Below, piece after piece: positions 1 to 18,320 of a stretch of 64,000 bases of DNA. The position numbers were made by a program, and so were the translations under genes. The notes under the pieces were generated by a model, which was not told where the DNA came from, ran no database searches, and saw nothing but the letters and a program-made list of their open reading frames with translations. Numbering within the stretch: position 1 is the stretch's first letter; every line of letters starts with the position of its first letter. This stretch comes from the human T2T-CHM13v2.0 reference genome, Homo sapiens: NCBI RefSeq assembly GCF_009914755.1, contig NC_060942.1; one strand, written 5' to 3'.

Positions 1-1254
1 GTGATGACAACATGGATGAAGCAACCTATTAGGCATGAAATTTTTCAAAAAGTATTTTTATGATGCAGCTTCTGAACATTTGGACAGATTTGTTTTGTAT
101 TTTTTTCTGATAAGGAATAAGTATTTTTGTTTTTTTTTTTTGGACAAATATTTGTTACCAAAATATTCAAAACCACTTTGAGTTTACATACTAATTACCT
201 TACAAATTAGTCCCTGACACTCTGACCTTCCTTCTAAACACCTCTGCCATCTCTCTTATGTACTCTTGTGGGTTTTTTTGTATTATTTGAATAGGAATGT
301 GCCTAAAGAATTTTTGCTCTCTTAATCTATGTATACATACTTGAAGAAATCATGCTTGCTTAACTGCTGATTTTTTGTAAAACTATTACCAGTCATAGTG
401 GATTTCTGTAACCTGAAAGTTGATATAATACAGCACATGGAGCACTTTAAAAACAAACTTGAAAATAATTTTATTTTTTACTTTTACATGGTATGTTCTA
501 GACTACTGCATTATGACTACATAAACCAACCTGGGCTTTTATAAGTACAGAATTGTGAAATAGAGGTTTTGTGATGGAAAACATAGACACAGGGAAAAAT
601 ACCAAACTGAGCAATATAAATTTCACGGCTCACATCTTAGCCAGTACAAAGAAATTTTCACATGGGGTGAATATTGTAAATACTGGAACTGGGGACTAAC
701 TTAATACTGTATGATGTATGAATTAATTATTCCACTGTAATAACTGTGACATCTTCAAATAGTTGGGCTTATGAAAAATTTGACTAAGACATTTTAATTT
801 TAAACTTTATGTAAATGTGAAATAAGTTCTGGTCATATAAATATCACTGTAGAATGCATGTGTGTGAACTCTATGAAGTGTGGTGGCCTTTTATGTTTCA
901 GAGTACTCAAGCTGTACAATTGATTTATATAAACATGCAAGATGAACTCAGGTCATTTTGAAATTAAGATTAATTTTTTTGTTGTTTAAAGCTAGCTCCC
1001 CTAACTTTATATATTTTTTGGGAAAAAAAAATACCTAAAAACCTCAACCTAAAAAGACTCACAAATGCCAAACATTTTCAAGGAAATTTATATTATATAT
1101 TTCAAAAATGATTTATCAATGTTATCTACCAAAATAAATACTTTTATTTTTCCCCTTTGGGAAGATATCATTATCCTCTAATGTGAGAATCAGATCCCTA
1201 GATTCTATTTCTACCTGTACTATTAAACTCAACCTTGAGCCTGGAAAAAAAAAA
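1..1254 (+). pseudogene. POLR3GP2: 3' end of a processed (retrotransposed) pseudogene of POLR3G (RNA polymerase III subunit RPC7-alpha)
   Basis: Bases 3-32 translate DDNMDEATY-stop, which matches my recollection of the POLR3G C-terminus (the paralog POLR3GL ends DEAIY). About 1.2 kb of AT-rich 3'UTR-like sequence follows, then ATTAAA at 1222-1227 and a genomic A10 at 1245-1254 that abuts L1 ORF2 sequence (gaacccagaaataaa). The pseudogene number comes from recalled proximity to CTIF and is unverified. Confidence 0.75.
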
Positions 1255-1764
1255 GAACCCAGAAATAAATTAATGTATTTACAGCTAATGGATTTTTGAC
1301 AAAGACACCAAAAACATACATTGGGGAAAAGACAGTCTCTACAATACATGTTGCTAAGAAAGTTAGATATTTGTATGCAGGAGAATGAAACTAGAACCCT
1401 ATCTCTCACTGTATACAAACATCAACTGAAAATGGATTAAAGACTTAAATCTGAAGACATGAAACTACGAAACTACTAGAAAGAAACGTGGGGAAATGCT
1501 TCCTGACGTTAGTCTGGCCAAAAATTTTTTTTAACAAGATCTCAAAAACACAAGCAACAAAAGCAAAATAGATAAATGGGATTCTATCAAACTAAAAAGC
1601 TTCTGCACAGCAAAGGAAACAATCAATAGAGTAAAGTGACAACCTGTAGAAGAGTAGAAAATATTTGAAACTGTGCATCCAACAAGGGATTAATAAGCAG
1701 GACACATGGAACTCAAACAACTCAACAGCAAAAAAGCAAATAACCAGATTTTAAAATGAGCACC

Positions 1765-1890
1765 TGAGCTGGTGATTGTGTGCCTGCAGTCCCAGCTACT
1801 TGGGAGGCTGAGGCAGATAGTTGTTCGAGCCCAGGAGTTCAAGTCCAGCCTGGGCAACAAAGCAAGACTCTCATATTCAAAAAAAATAAA
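1765..1890 (+). mobile_element. Free left Alu monomer (FLAM-like)
   Basis: gcctgcagtcccagctacttgggaggctgagg...agcccaggagttcaagtccagcctgggcaac followed by an A tail; monomer length. Confidence 0.75.
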
Positions 1891-2304
1891 AGGGCAAATG
1901 ATCTAATAGACATTTCTCAAAAGAAGAAAACCAAATGGCCAACAGGTATATGAAAAATGCTCAACATTGCTAATCATTAGGAAAATGCAAATCAAAACCA
2001 CAATGAGATATCCTGATCAAAAAGACAAAAAAATAACAAACGTTGGCAAGCATGCAGAGAAAGGGGAACTCTTATACACTGTCAGTGGGAAATTACATTA
2101 ATATGGCCATTATGGAAAACAGTGTGGAGGTTCCTCAAAAAACTAAAAACAGAAATACCGCAGGATCCACTAATCCCCCCACAAGTGAAAGAAAACCAGT
2201 ATATGAAAGAGATGTCTGCACTTCATGTGTATTTCTGCACTATTCCCAATAGCTAAGACACAGAATCAAGCTAAGTGACCATCAACAAATGAACAGATAA
2301 AGAA

Positions 2305-2411
2305 AATGTGTGTGTGTGTACATATACGTACATACATATATATATGTATTCCATCGTGTATATATATGTGTGTGTATATATATATATGTATTTACGTATA
2401 TGTATATATAC
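2305..2411. repeat. Compound (TG)n/(TA)n microsatellite within the L1
   Basis: Interrupted tgtgtg and tatata runs. Confidence 0.9.
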
Positions 2412-2692
2412 GATGGAATACTTTTGGCAAGAAAAAGAATGAAATCCTGTCATTTGTAACAGCATGGATGAGCCTGGAAGACATTATATTAAGTAAAATA
2501 AGCCAAACACAGAAAGACTAATATTGCATGTTCTCACTCATATGAAGAAGCTAAAAGAGCTGATCTTACCGATCTTATGGAAGTGCAGAGTAGAGTAGTG
2601 GTTTCTAGAGGCTGGGAAGGGCAGAGAGAGAGGTCTGCTAATGGACACAAGATTGCAACTAGATATGAGGAATACATGTTAGTGTTCTATAA

Positions 2693-3208
2693 CAGCGGCC
2701 CCCAACGTTTTTGGCGCCAGAGACAAGTTACGTGGAAGACAATTTTTTCACAGACAGAAGGTGGGGGTTGGGTGCAATGGTTTCAGGATGGTTCAAGCGC
2801 ATTACATTTACTGTGCACTTTATTTATACTATTATTACATTGTAATATATAATTAAGTAATTATACAACTCACCATGATGTAGAATCAGTGGGACCCCTG
2901 AGCTTGTTTTCCTGCAACTAGGTAGTCCCATCTAGGGATAATGGGAGACAGTGACAGATCATCAGGCATTGGATTCTCATAGGGAGTGCACAACCTAGAT
3001 ACCTCACACACAGTTCACAATAGGGTTTGCACTCCTATGAGAATCTAATGTCACTGCTGATCTGACAAGAGGTGGAGCTCAGGTGGTAATGTGAGCAATG
3101 GAAAGTGGCTGTAAATACGAATGAAGCTTTGCTGGCTTGCCCTGCCACTCGCCTCCTGCTGTGCAGTCACAGACTGCTACCAGTCCATGGCCCAGGGGTT
3201 GGGGACTG
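2693..3208 (-). mobile_element. MER1A (hAT-Charlie non-autonomous DNA transposon)
   Basis: CAG...CTG termini; 8-bp TSD ttctataa (2685-2692) / ttttataa (3209-3216); diagnostic cctatgagaatctaatg core. Confidence 0.9.
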
Positions 3209-3440
3209 TTTTATAACACAGTAGGGTGACATCCTTAAGAATAATTTATTGTATATTTCAAAATACTTACATGAGAGGATTTTGAATGTTCCTCAAACAA
3301 GAAGTGATAAAAATTCGAGTTGATGAATATGCCAATTACCCGAATTTGATTATAACAAATTATATACCTATATCGAAAAATCACATATACACCACAAGTA
3401 TGTACAATTACACCAATTAAAAATACACTTTTTTAAAAAA

Positions 3441-3800
3441 AGGCTTAGAAACAAGGACCAACTCAATAGTACTCAATAGTAATAAGCACTCCTAGTGTTC
3501 AGATTCTAAATACCAATTTCCATTGAAAGGAACCAGGATTGCTTGAAGAAACAACTGATTCTAGCTCAGGGAGACAGAAAAATGTACAAGATGAGGTTGG
3601 GCTAACTTCAAAAGGCTCCCACTAGACAATGGGACAATTTGAGGTTGTGTTAGAGTAATAACTGCAATGGATTTAAATACATAAAATATGTTTAAATTTA
3701 TTGGACTATAATAATATTATAAAACATTAAACTTTGGAAGATATCAGGAAATCAACTCATTCATATGAAAATTGGTAAGTAACAGAAAATAAGTTAAAAA
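3441..3800 (+). mobile_element. Old L1MC-class 3' fragment
   Basis: ggcttagaaacaaggaccaac...aaaggaaccagg...aatgtacaagatgag resembles the L1MC3/4 3' UTR. Confidence 0.55.
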
Positions 3801-3898
3801 AAGTTGCTCCCTTTACCCAATTTACAGCTGTTGACTGAAATGCCACCTTTTATGAATATTTATTTAGTTTTAGCATTAGCAGCTATTCAGGTACCCAC

Positions 3899-4278
3899 CT
3901 GTGGTAGTCTCAGTGCTGCTCACCACATCTTTCTAGTTGGCCATCCAGGCCGTGATAGGTTGGCACATCCCGTCCCCATGGTTAGGTGTGGCCACGTGGC
4001 TCTCTGTGGATAATGAAACATGAGTGGGAGTGATGAGAGTCATGTCCAGCTGAAACATTGAGAGCCAGTCCACAATTCTTCAAACTCTTACCCTCCTTCT
4101 GCCACAAGGGCCAGCAATGTTCCAGATTGGGTCAGATTTATCAGCCTGGGAGCCAAGGTAAACATGTCAAAGCCCCATGATCATGTAGTGTGAGTGAGAA
4201 ATAAATGTGGTATTTAGCCCCCAAGATTTTGGTGTTGTTTGTAATGATCATATAATCTAGTCCATCCTGACTGATACA
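3899..4278 (+). mobile_element. MLT1I-like MaLR solo LTR
   Basis: TG...CA ends; gtgagtgagaaataaa...tccatcctgactgataca 3' signature. Confidence 0.7.
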
Positions 4279-4392
4279 CCACCAAGGAACATCAATCTAG
4301 TAGTTAGCCAATAACATCATAGTGTGAATTTTCATAAAGCCAAGACTAGAGAAACCGGAGCTTTACTGGTGGAAAAAAAGAAAAAAAAAATC

Positions 4393-6938
<2,546 letters not shown>

Positions 6939-8282
6939 ACTTCTCAGGTATGAGTCCTGGACCAGAGATCCAGATAATGGGTGTTACCAGCTTTGAGACA
7001 TCAAAGGAATGCATCAGGGTACCATGGGCTAAAGAGGGTTGACAGGGGCCTCTCACAATAGATATTCAGTAAATATTTGTTGAATGAACAAGCAAATGAA
7101 TGAATGAAAGTGGGGATGGCAAGAACAGATTTCTCATCCTTCCTAGCCTCAGGAAGGCCTGGCTCTCTTCAGCTACCAGCACACTGTTGTTTCCAAAGCT
7201 GTGTCCCCAGCCAGCCCTGGCCATGATGGAGGGGTGTGTCTGGGGACCTTCCTTAGCCTCTCACCCTGGGAAACTAAAAGGGCTTCCTTCTCAGGGTTCA
7301 GGCAGCTTCCCTTCTCATCCTGCTCTTCCTCTAATCCATAGCTCTCCAATACTTTTTAGTTCACAAGAGTTTTCCTTTCCAAGACAACCACATGTTTCTA
7401 CCCTATTATAATGGCCACTTCTAGAAGCCAGCCCCAAAGAGGCTGACTGTCTCCATTTTTTTAATCTCTAGCAGCTCTCCACACCCCTACAATGACTCCA
7501 GGAACCCCATAATAATGGTCATGAGAGTACAAGTCTGTTTTCTACTGTGCCAGGATCCACAAAAAGGAAGCTCAGAGCAGGAAAAGCTTTTGCTCTTCTC
7601 TGAGTCTTGAAGTCTGGATTTATTCCTTCCTCAATCACTTATTGTAAAACTTTAAGCAAATACTTAGATTTACAGCCTTATTGTCCCCCACATCACAAGG
7701 TTATTATGAGGAGTAAGTGGGAGGGTGTTTATGTAACCTAGCACAGATCTGGGACCCGTGAGACATTCTGTAAATATCCATTTGACCATTAATTTTTTTC
7801 CACCATTGCAGGAGATAAGGTTGCAACATTCCTACCCAAGGAGCTCTGACTTTGGAGTTTCTCTCTAGTTTATAAGTACCACACCAAACAGTCTCCTAAA
7901 AGAGTACTAAAACGGTGTCTTTTCTTACATTCTAAGACATCATTAGTAAGGGAATGATTTAAACGGGGTTTCCACTCTCCTTGTTGTCTCTCCTTGTCTC
8001 TCTCTTCTTTTAGGAAAACTGTGCCCCAGCTAAATCAGAGAACACAGAGGGGATTCTTCCCTGTCACCCTAAAGTCTTCCCCTCTGAGTTTTTCTGGCCT
8101 CTCTCCCCTGAGAAGTAGGCAGCTATCTTTCATGCCTCTATCCCTTGGGGTTCCTCAAAAGAACTGAGCATCAGCCTGGTAGAAGGGAGAGAATACTGGA
8201 AAAAGATGCAGGAGTTTTGGTGTCCAGTTCCAGCTCTTTAACTCACTTTTTAAATAACCAAAGTTGTCTGAATATGTGATGA

Positions 8283-8705
<423 letters not shown>

Positions 8706-10840
8706 TGAATTATTGAATGACATGACTTCCTCCCAAGAATTTTAAGTGTCTTTCTAACTCTTGAGATTAAATGAATTTATATTGTGACTGAAATTAATTA
8801 AAACTGAGCACTAGTTTCCTCATCTGTAAGACAAGAGGGTTGAACTAAATGTTAGCTAAGGCCTCTTACATCACCATCACCCACCACCTCCTCCACAACA
8901 ATTCAGCTTACCCAGGTTGGCCTACCCTGCTTGACTCTATTCTACTCTAACCAGGTTGCTCCCCTGGGTCAGGGAAAACATTTCCCCAGATAGGACCAAG
9001 GCAAGAACGCAGGGGTACTGGGGGCATGTGGTCACCGAGAAGCCAGCCAGTTTGTATTGCCCGTGTCCTGTGAAATCAAAGACTTAGATCTATGACAAAG
9101 AACTACATACTGAGAAGGTTAAGAGGTACTCAATGAAGACATAAAAAGTCGACAGTCAGGAAGGAGCTGGGGACTTCAGCAGCAACTCAGAGTCCACTGC
9201 CAGGTCAGGACCACCTGTGCCGGCTGCTGCCTAATCTGATATATATACAACAGCACGGTCTACATTCATTGTCAGCCATCCTCACACAAACGTCATCCAC
9301 AGGAGAGGGTCTTGGCCAGAGCAGAAATCAACAAGACTATGACTTGGAAATTCTAGGGGGAGGGGAGGCCTCTAGCCTCAGGAATTTTGTCACCCAGGTC
9401 AGGGTCTGTATAATAGCCTTCTTAAGAGACAAAAAGGGCACTCACAGAGATTTGGACCAGGGCTGGCCTCCATCCAGCTTTCTACATTATCTTGAGCTCA
9501 CTTGGTGAGATAACATAGCTAGCAGCTTCTGCATTCCTTCCTGGAATGCCTGTGATGTTTGGAGCCCTGCCACATGGCTCAGGCATTAATCATCAACCAG
9601 TGGATAAATGTTGACTGAGCATACTCTGTTAGGTCCCTGGTGTGCCTAAGAAGAGGGGTACCCTTTCCCTTTGGAAGGTTGCAGAAGATATATACCCATT
9701 AAAAGACTATTTAAAATCTTGACTAGTTAGTGATAACTTCCTTAAGAGTATAGGTGCTAATGAATTTCAGAAGAGAATGATATCCCTTTGGGGTGGAATG
9801 GTTCAGGGAGACATCTTGAGAAATACAATATGGGCATTAAGGGGTCAGTGGGATTGTAAATGTCCTAGGGGAAGAGGTGTCAAGACTGGGAGGTCACTAA
9901 GGACCTGAATGAGCAAGCTGTGCTGGGGACAGAACTAAGACCTGCTGGCTGAAGAGGGTCCTGAGCAAGGGGGAAAAAGAGACAGAAACTTAACTAATAA
10001 CTATTTATGCATGTTTACACTTTTCACCCCAAGCAGAGAGCTGGCTCCTGAAGGTCAGCTTTGTACCAGGAAGTACTCCTTTCTTGCACAGAATTTTGAA
10101 ATTGCTAGTTATCTTTTTTTTCCCTTGCATTGTTCATCTTAATTCCATTGTTAAGATGTCTTAATTACCACAAATAATATCAGATATCTTTCTCAGACAT
10201 CTCTTTCTTGGAGCCTTCCACTCCTGCTCTATTCTGACCCACTGAGTTCTGGGTGTGTTGCCTGAGGTTTGCTTTCTTGACTCTCCTAGGTTGGATATGC
10301 AACAATGCAATACACACTTTTCTCCAGGCAAGCTCCGTTGGACAACTTCCCCAGAAAAGAGGCTTGGCCAAAGCCAAAATCAGCCAGATTGTGACAAGGA
10401 AATTCCAGGAGAGGGCAGGAGGCTAACCTGGGGGATTTTATTGCCCAGGGAAGGATGATATGACACTAAGTGGTGAAATGGCATGGCTTCTCTCTCTGTT
10501 GGTTTATCCCTGATTTGGGTGGAGCCTGTCCTGGAATGGCCTTCTCAGAAAAGAAATGCTCACTTCCAGCATTACCTCTCACAAGCAGGCTTTGTCTGCT
10601 GCATGCTGCATATACCCTTATATGCATATACCCTTATAATGTTATACGCCTTTTTTCCATATGTTTCTAGATCAGTGGCTGTCTATCTCTACATTGGGCA
10701 CTCAATAATAAAAGAAGGTATCTGATTGTGTGTCCTCACAGCCCCCAGGCTGAGAATTTCTGCCCAAGGCTCAGTGGTGATCTTTCCTCAGGAGACCTTC
10801 AGTTCAGTGAATAAATGAATGACATAATAAACTTTATCCT

Positions 10841-10939
10841 ATGTACCAATAAATAGATACACCTGCTATGGACCCATAAAAATTAGAAATTAAAAATCTA
10901 AGAAATACATATTGTTTATTAAAACAAAAAATAAAAATA
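10841..10939 (+). mobile_element. Extremely 5'-truncated L1MA-type 3' tip inserted in an L2
   Basis: atgtaccaataaatagatacacctgctatggacccataaaaatt; TSD aataaactttatcct (10826-10840) / aataaactttgtcct (10940-10954). Confidence 0.7.
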
Positions 10940-11964
10940 AATAAACTTTGTCCTGAGAGCACTGGAGAGCCATGATGGAAAGTTAAAGTACTTTAGACCT
11001 GGGCATGACACAAGCAAATTTTCAGTTTATAAAGATTACAGTGGCAGTCAAGTGGAGAATGGATTAGTTTGGAAGAGTGCTAGAGGGCAGGAGACAATTG
11101 GGAAAATATTGTGGGTCACCCAAGGAGACGTTAAGAAACCTAATGGAGGCACTGCCCCCTTTCGGTACTTAGCATATTCATTCATTCATTCAACAAATAT
11201 TTATCAAGTCCCTAACATGGGTCGGGCAATATTGTAAGCATTAGGAATTATTACTGAGAACAAGAGGGGTATGTACCAGATTGTTTTGTTATTTAACTGT
11301 TCCAATTAACTTATACCTTGGCCAAATTAGAGTTTTCCTTTACAGTTTGCTCAATAAACAGGAATTGAATTGAATGGAAACAATACAACAATTCTGATAA
11401 AACCCAGAGCTTGAAAGATAGATGATTAAACCTTGGATGGAAGAGATGAGATGTTACAAGGACAACATGAAAAATTCCCATATCTGGGTTTCTAAATTAC
11501 CCACAAGTGCCAGCATACCATGACTGGGGGAAACACTGTAACTTGGTCTGTGTGTTCTCTTTTGACAGTTCTCAGGCGCATACCCAGTCTGGCTGAGGCC
11601 TGAGTCAGTGGAATCTTCTGGTTCCCCACACTTTCAGACCATCACTCTGCACTCCCTGCTGAAGCTCCCATATGCATTTGGGTGGAGATTGAAACTAACA
11701 CTTTCCAGAGAATGTGGAGGAGGGAAAAGGGGGAGAGAGGAAGGCTAGTTTAACAACAAAGTGGGAAAAAGGAGGGGAAAGCATTCTTATTATTGTTTCT
11801 AAAAACAGCTCCAGTCAAGACACTTCATTCAAAGTTGTTCAAATATGAAAATGGAATAGTAAGCTTGTGCTGTCACTGTTCCAAGAGCCTCCTGGAAGGC
11901 AGAACACATCACCCTGATTTGTATAGTAGCACACCCAGGATATGATCTCTTCCTAAGTGTGCAC

Positions 11965-11965
11965 A

Positions 11966-11993
<28 letters not shown>
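11965..11993 (+). repeat. Poly-A tract (A29)
   Basis: Direct reading. Confidence 0.95.
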
Positions 11994-11997
<4 letters not shown>

Positions 11998-12312
11998 TTC
12001 AGGACAGCAAGGCCTATCTTTGGTGTGTGGGCAAGTCAGTTTAGGGATTGGTGTTGATCTACAAGAGGGGACAAAAACGATCAATAAAATGAAAATGGCA
12101 GTACATTTCTCAACTGCTTTTCATCAATAAGCTCTGGCTCTTCACCTCCACTTCAGCGGAACATGGGAGCTAGTCTCAGCTTTCCACTGACAGGTTCTAG
12201 GACCTTGGACACTCAACCTGTCTGGGTCTTGATGCTTTAAAAACACATGATATTTTGATTCTCCACTTATCATCCATTCCTCCCCACCCCACCCTGACAC
12301 ATACACACATAT

Positions 12313-12520
12313 GATTCATTCATTCACTCACTCAATTCAACAAAGATTTATTTAGTACCCACTATGTGCTAGGCACTGTTCTAGGCATTGGGGCTACATC
12401 AGAAACAAAATATCCCTCCTGGATATTCTGTTTATATTTTAGTTGAAGAAGACAAATAAATAGGAAATATAACAGGCAGTGATAAATAATATTGCAAAAA
12501 ATTAAGTATACAATGAAAAC
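12313..12520 (-). mobile_element. L2 3' end
   Basis: attcattcattcactcactcaattcaacaaagatttatttagtacccactatgtgctaggcactgttctagg. Confidence 0.8.
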
Positions 12521-13314
12521 CCAAAGTCTAAATACTACTATGGTAAGATAAATAGTGTGCAAGTGTGTGTGTGTGTTTGTGTGTATGCATAAGTGTGTGT
12601 GTGTAGACATAGAGCACGCAGAGGGAGAAACAGTGGGAGGGACGGGGAGCAGGGAACTGGGGGTGAGTGTACCACAAATGTATATGTGTGCAATTTTGGT
12701 GGTAAGAAAGTGGATGGGATTGTTCTGACTTTTGGAAGAACATGGAGTCCAAGACCTAGTTATCCTATGATTCATTATTCTGGCTTTGTCTGGACTGGGG
12801 TGGGAGAGAGTCTAGACAACATGCCCTGTGGGGCTCAGTAGCAGATGACCCAATTGTGGGAAGCAGAATGAGAAAGTGACTAGAGAATTACACCTGTCAG
12901 ACCCCCTTCCCTCTCAGCTTTTGGTAAAAGCTGAAATGAGGAGGAAGTAGCACCTTCCTATGGCATTCCTTACTCTCCTGCTCTCAGGCTCAGCTCCTCT
13001 CTGACAGAACACTGATCTGGAAAGTCTGCAGGTCCAGTCATCACTGTTCTCCCCAAGAGGTGAGGGAGTGGGCTCTTCTCCTCACCCGGGCCCTAGCCTG
13101 GTCTCAGCTCACCTGGGCTCACCTAGGTTGTGCTGCACCTTCAGGTCCTATGGCCCCAGTACTGGAAGATGCAGCTTATGACAATTTCAGGATATCGTGG
13201 GCCCTCTGTGTATGGCAGCTATCATCAACAAGTCAGCCTTCTGACTTTCACTCTCCTCTCCTATAAAACAGGTGTAACAGCTGCAACTTTGTAAGATGGA
13301 CCATGAGTATTGTT

Positions 13315-13555
13315 CGTGGTAATAATAATGAACTCCATAAAGGAAGACTTATTGTATGCCAGGCACTGTGCTAGTTACTTTGCATGTATAATCTCATTTA
13401 TCTTAGCGAAATTCCATAAGTACTATTATTGTATCCATTTTATAGATGAGAAATCTGAACAGAGACAGTTTTTAAAAACTGTCCCAGGTCACACAGTTAG
13501 TAAGTTGTGGAGCTAGGACTCAAAATCAGATCTATCTTCAAAGCTAGTATGCTTA
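13315..13555 (-). mobile_element. MIR SINE
   Basis: tatgccaggcactgtgctag...ccattttatagatgagaaatctga...cccaggtcacacag core. Confidence 0.8.
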
Positions 13556-13585
13556 GTATTTATAAAGTACTTCAGTCATAATAGG

Positions 13586-14057
13586 AGTATCAGTTATCTA
13601 ACTGCTAGGAAACAGATCATCCCAAAACTTAGTGGCTTAAGACAACCACCATTTATTTAGTCCACAATTCTGTAGGCTAACAACTTAAGCTAGGCTCAGT
13701 TGGGTGGCTCTTCCGGTCTTTGCTGGGGTCCTTCATGATTCTGTGGTCAGCGGCAGGTTGACGGTGGCTCTGCTTGTGTGAGTTAATGGGATGTGGTCTA
13801 GGGTGCCTCGCCTCTCCTCCACATGGTGTCTCTCATCCTCCAGCAGGCCAGCCCAGGCTTTTTCCCCATGGCAGTGACCTAGGCTTAGAACTGGCACACT
13901 GTCACATTCTTTCGTTCAAAGTAAGTCATAAGCCAGCCCTGATTCAAGAAGTGGGGAAACAGGATCCACCTCTTGTTAGGAGCTGCTGCAAAGACACGCT
14001 CAGAGGATGAGATACTGCGAGGTTAGTAATGGAGCTGTCATTGCGATCAGTCTACGA
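13586..14057 (-). mobile_element. MLT1G/H-class solo LTR
   Basis: gtatcagttatct...cccaaaacttagtggcttaagacaac...aggatccacctcttg. Confidence 0.75.
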
Positions 14058-15503
14058 TAATAGGCATTCAATAAATAAAGGATAGGGTTACTCTTAGATA
14101 TTTTTGGACAATATCCATCAGACAAGCCCACTGTCACTAAGTTACCTAGAGAATTCCTTGTAGTAATCAGGACTCTTTCAGCTACAGGGAATAGAAACAT
14201 AACTCATCAGAAGTCTTCCTCCATCTTTGGCTCTCATTTGTCTGTTCTTTTCCCACATCCCAGGAGGGGGCAAAGATGACCACCAGCAGCTCCAGGCTTC
14301 CATTTTCCCCATCAGTCTCCCCTGGCTGAAAGAGAATATCTCCATGCCAACATATCAAGGGAAGCCCTGGAACATCTCACCAGTTCAGGTGATGTCACCA
14401 GACCCATCCCATAAGTCCTCACAGTCACCGATTGGCCAGGTCCAACAAAGCAGGGAGCTTTTCCCCAGAGGAAGCTCACCATGCTGTTGTCAAGAGAAAG
14501 AGAAAAGGGCACTGAGAGAGCTGCTCAATGTCTATGCAGCTGCATGCCTTTCCTCACTGCCCAAGAGGAACCCCTCCCTATTTCCCTAAAGCCCCTGTAT
14601 TGATTTGAAGTTTCTAGGCTAAAATGCACTTCTCAGATCTTAAGTATTTTTTGTATGTGATAAGGTCTAGTTGTACTACTTTGAACTGAAGCAATATTGC
14701 CTTTAAAAGCTAATCATGAAATCCTCCATGAGGATATTGTGAAAGGATTAAAATGAGAACTATTCGGATTAGAAAGTGAAAGGAATAAAAAACAAATAAA
14801 ACAAAACAGGACAGACAGGAAGTTGATAAGAAGAGAAGGAGTCCTTCTGCATACAGAACATACTGGATCCTTTATTCCTGGTCTGGAGAGCATCCTGGAA
14901 TGAAGCCTGTACAGAGGGCTAAACAGAAGAGAGAATCCTTGGCTTCTGCCAAGAGGTTGCTCTTACTTTTAACTTTGTGTTTTCCATAGTTCTGACTCAG
15001 AGTGACCTGTATTCAAAGCCCTGTTGCCCCAACTTACTAACTGTGATCTTGTCAAGGTGATATATGAGGACACTTCTGAAAATGAAAGGGGATGCTATTA
15101 GCAATTTCAACTGGGGAACAGACAATGAGATTCTAGAATCTCATTACTTTATGGTCATTGTTTTCATAAGAAAAATGAAAAATACTTGTATTTTTAGTGG
15201 TACTTAACAACGATAGTGGCATTGAACAGTGTTCAGTACTTATTGTAAGACTGTGTTCAGTTCTTTATATGCTCACTGTAATTCTATGGTGCGGAGACTA
15301 TTATTATCCTCATTTTTACAGATGAGGAAACTGAGACTTGGAGAAGTTAATTAATTTTATCAACATCTAGGGGATGATATGTTTTTATTTTCCTGTAATG
15401 ATATAGTAATGAACCTATAAAGAAGCATTAGAAACTGAACATGCAGATGAGTATCCTTGTGGGGGCATACATCTTGAGAACCTATATCAAGGGTTGAGCT
15501 CCA

Positions 15504-15885
15504 CCTGAGCTCTGCCTTTTGTCAGATCAGTGGAGGCATAAGATTCTCATAGGAGTGTGAATCCTTTGGTGAACCTGCACATGCAAGGGATCTAGCTTGC
15601 ACACTCCTTATGAGAATCTAATGCTTGATGATCTGTCATTATCTCCCATCACCCCCAGACAGGACCACCTAGTTGCAGGAAAACAAGCTCAGGGCTCTTG
15701 CTGATTCTACATTATGGCGAGTTGTATAATTATTTCATTATCTATTATAATGTAATAATAATGTAAGTAAAGTACAAATAAATGTAATGCGCTTGAATCC
15801 TCCTGAAACCATTCCCTCCCAGGTCCATGAAAAAAATTGTCTTCCACGAAACTGGTCCCTGATGCCAAAATGTTAGGGACTGCTG
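15504..15885 (+). mobile_element. Partial MER1A (left ~140 bp missing)
   Basis: Aligns to 16816-17185; ends with terminal repeat ...gggactgctg. Confidence 0.85.
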
Positions 15886-16104
15886 CCCTAGAGCATAATT
15901 TGATATCAAATTATCAAATGACGCTCATTACTAAAAACATTTTTGGAATTGTGCTTTTGGAATGTCCCAAGAATCTTGAGGCACATATTCCTCAGAATCA
16001 TTTTTATGGTAGAAAGTTTTTAATCCATTCAGGATAAATATGATTTTTGAAAAGAGCCCAAAGTGATTCAGGATAAAAGTGAATCATCTAAAAATATATT
16101 TTTA

Positions 16105-18320
<2,216 letters not shown>

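Larger units (their letters stand above)
1255..3440 (+). mobile_element. L1MA-class LINE-1 3' portion (ORF2 end and 3' UTR), interrupted by a FLAM, a microsatellite and MER1A
   Basis: Typical L1 ORF2 3' motifs (tttttgacaaagacaccaaaaacatacattgggg; aaaagcttctgcacagcaaagg; gaaaatgcaaatcaaaaccacaatgagata) and an L1MA-type 3' UTR ending in an A-rich tract near 3440. Confidence 0.85.
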
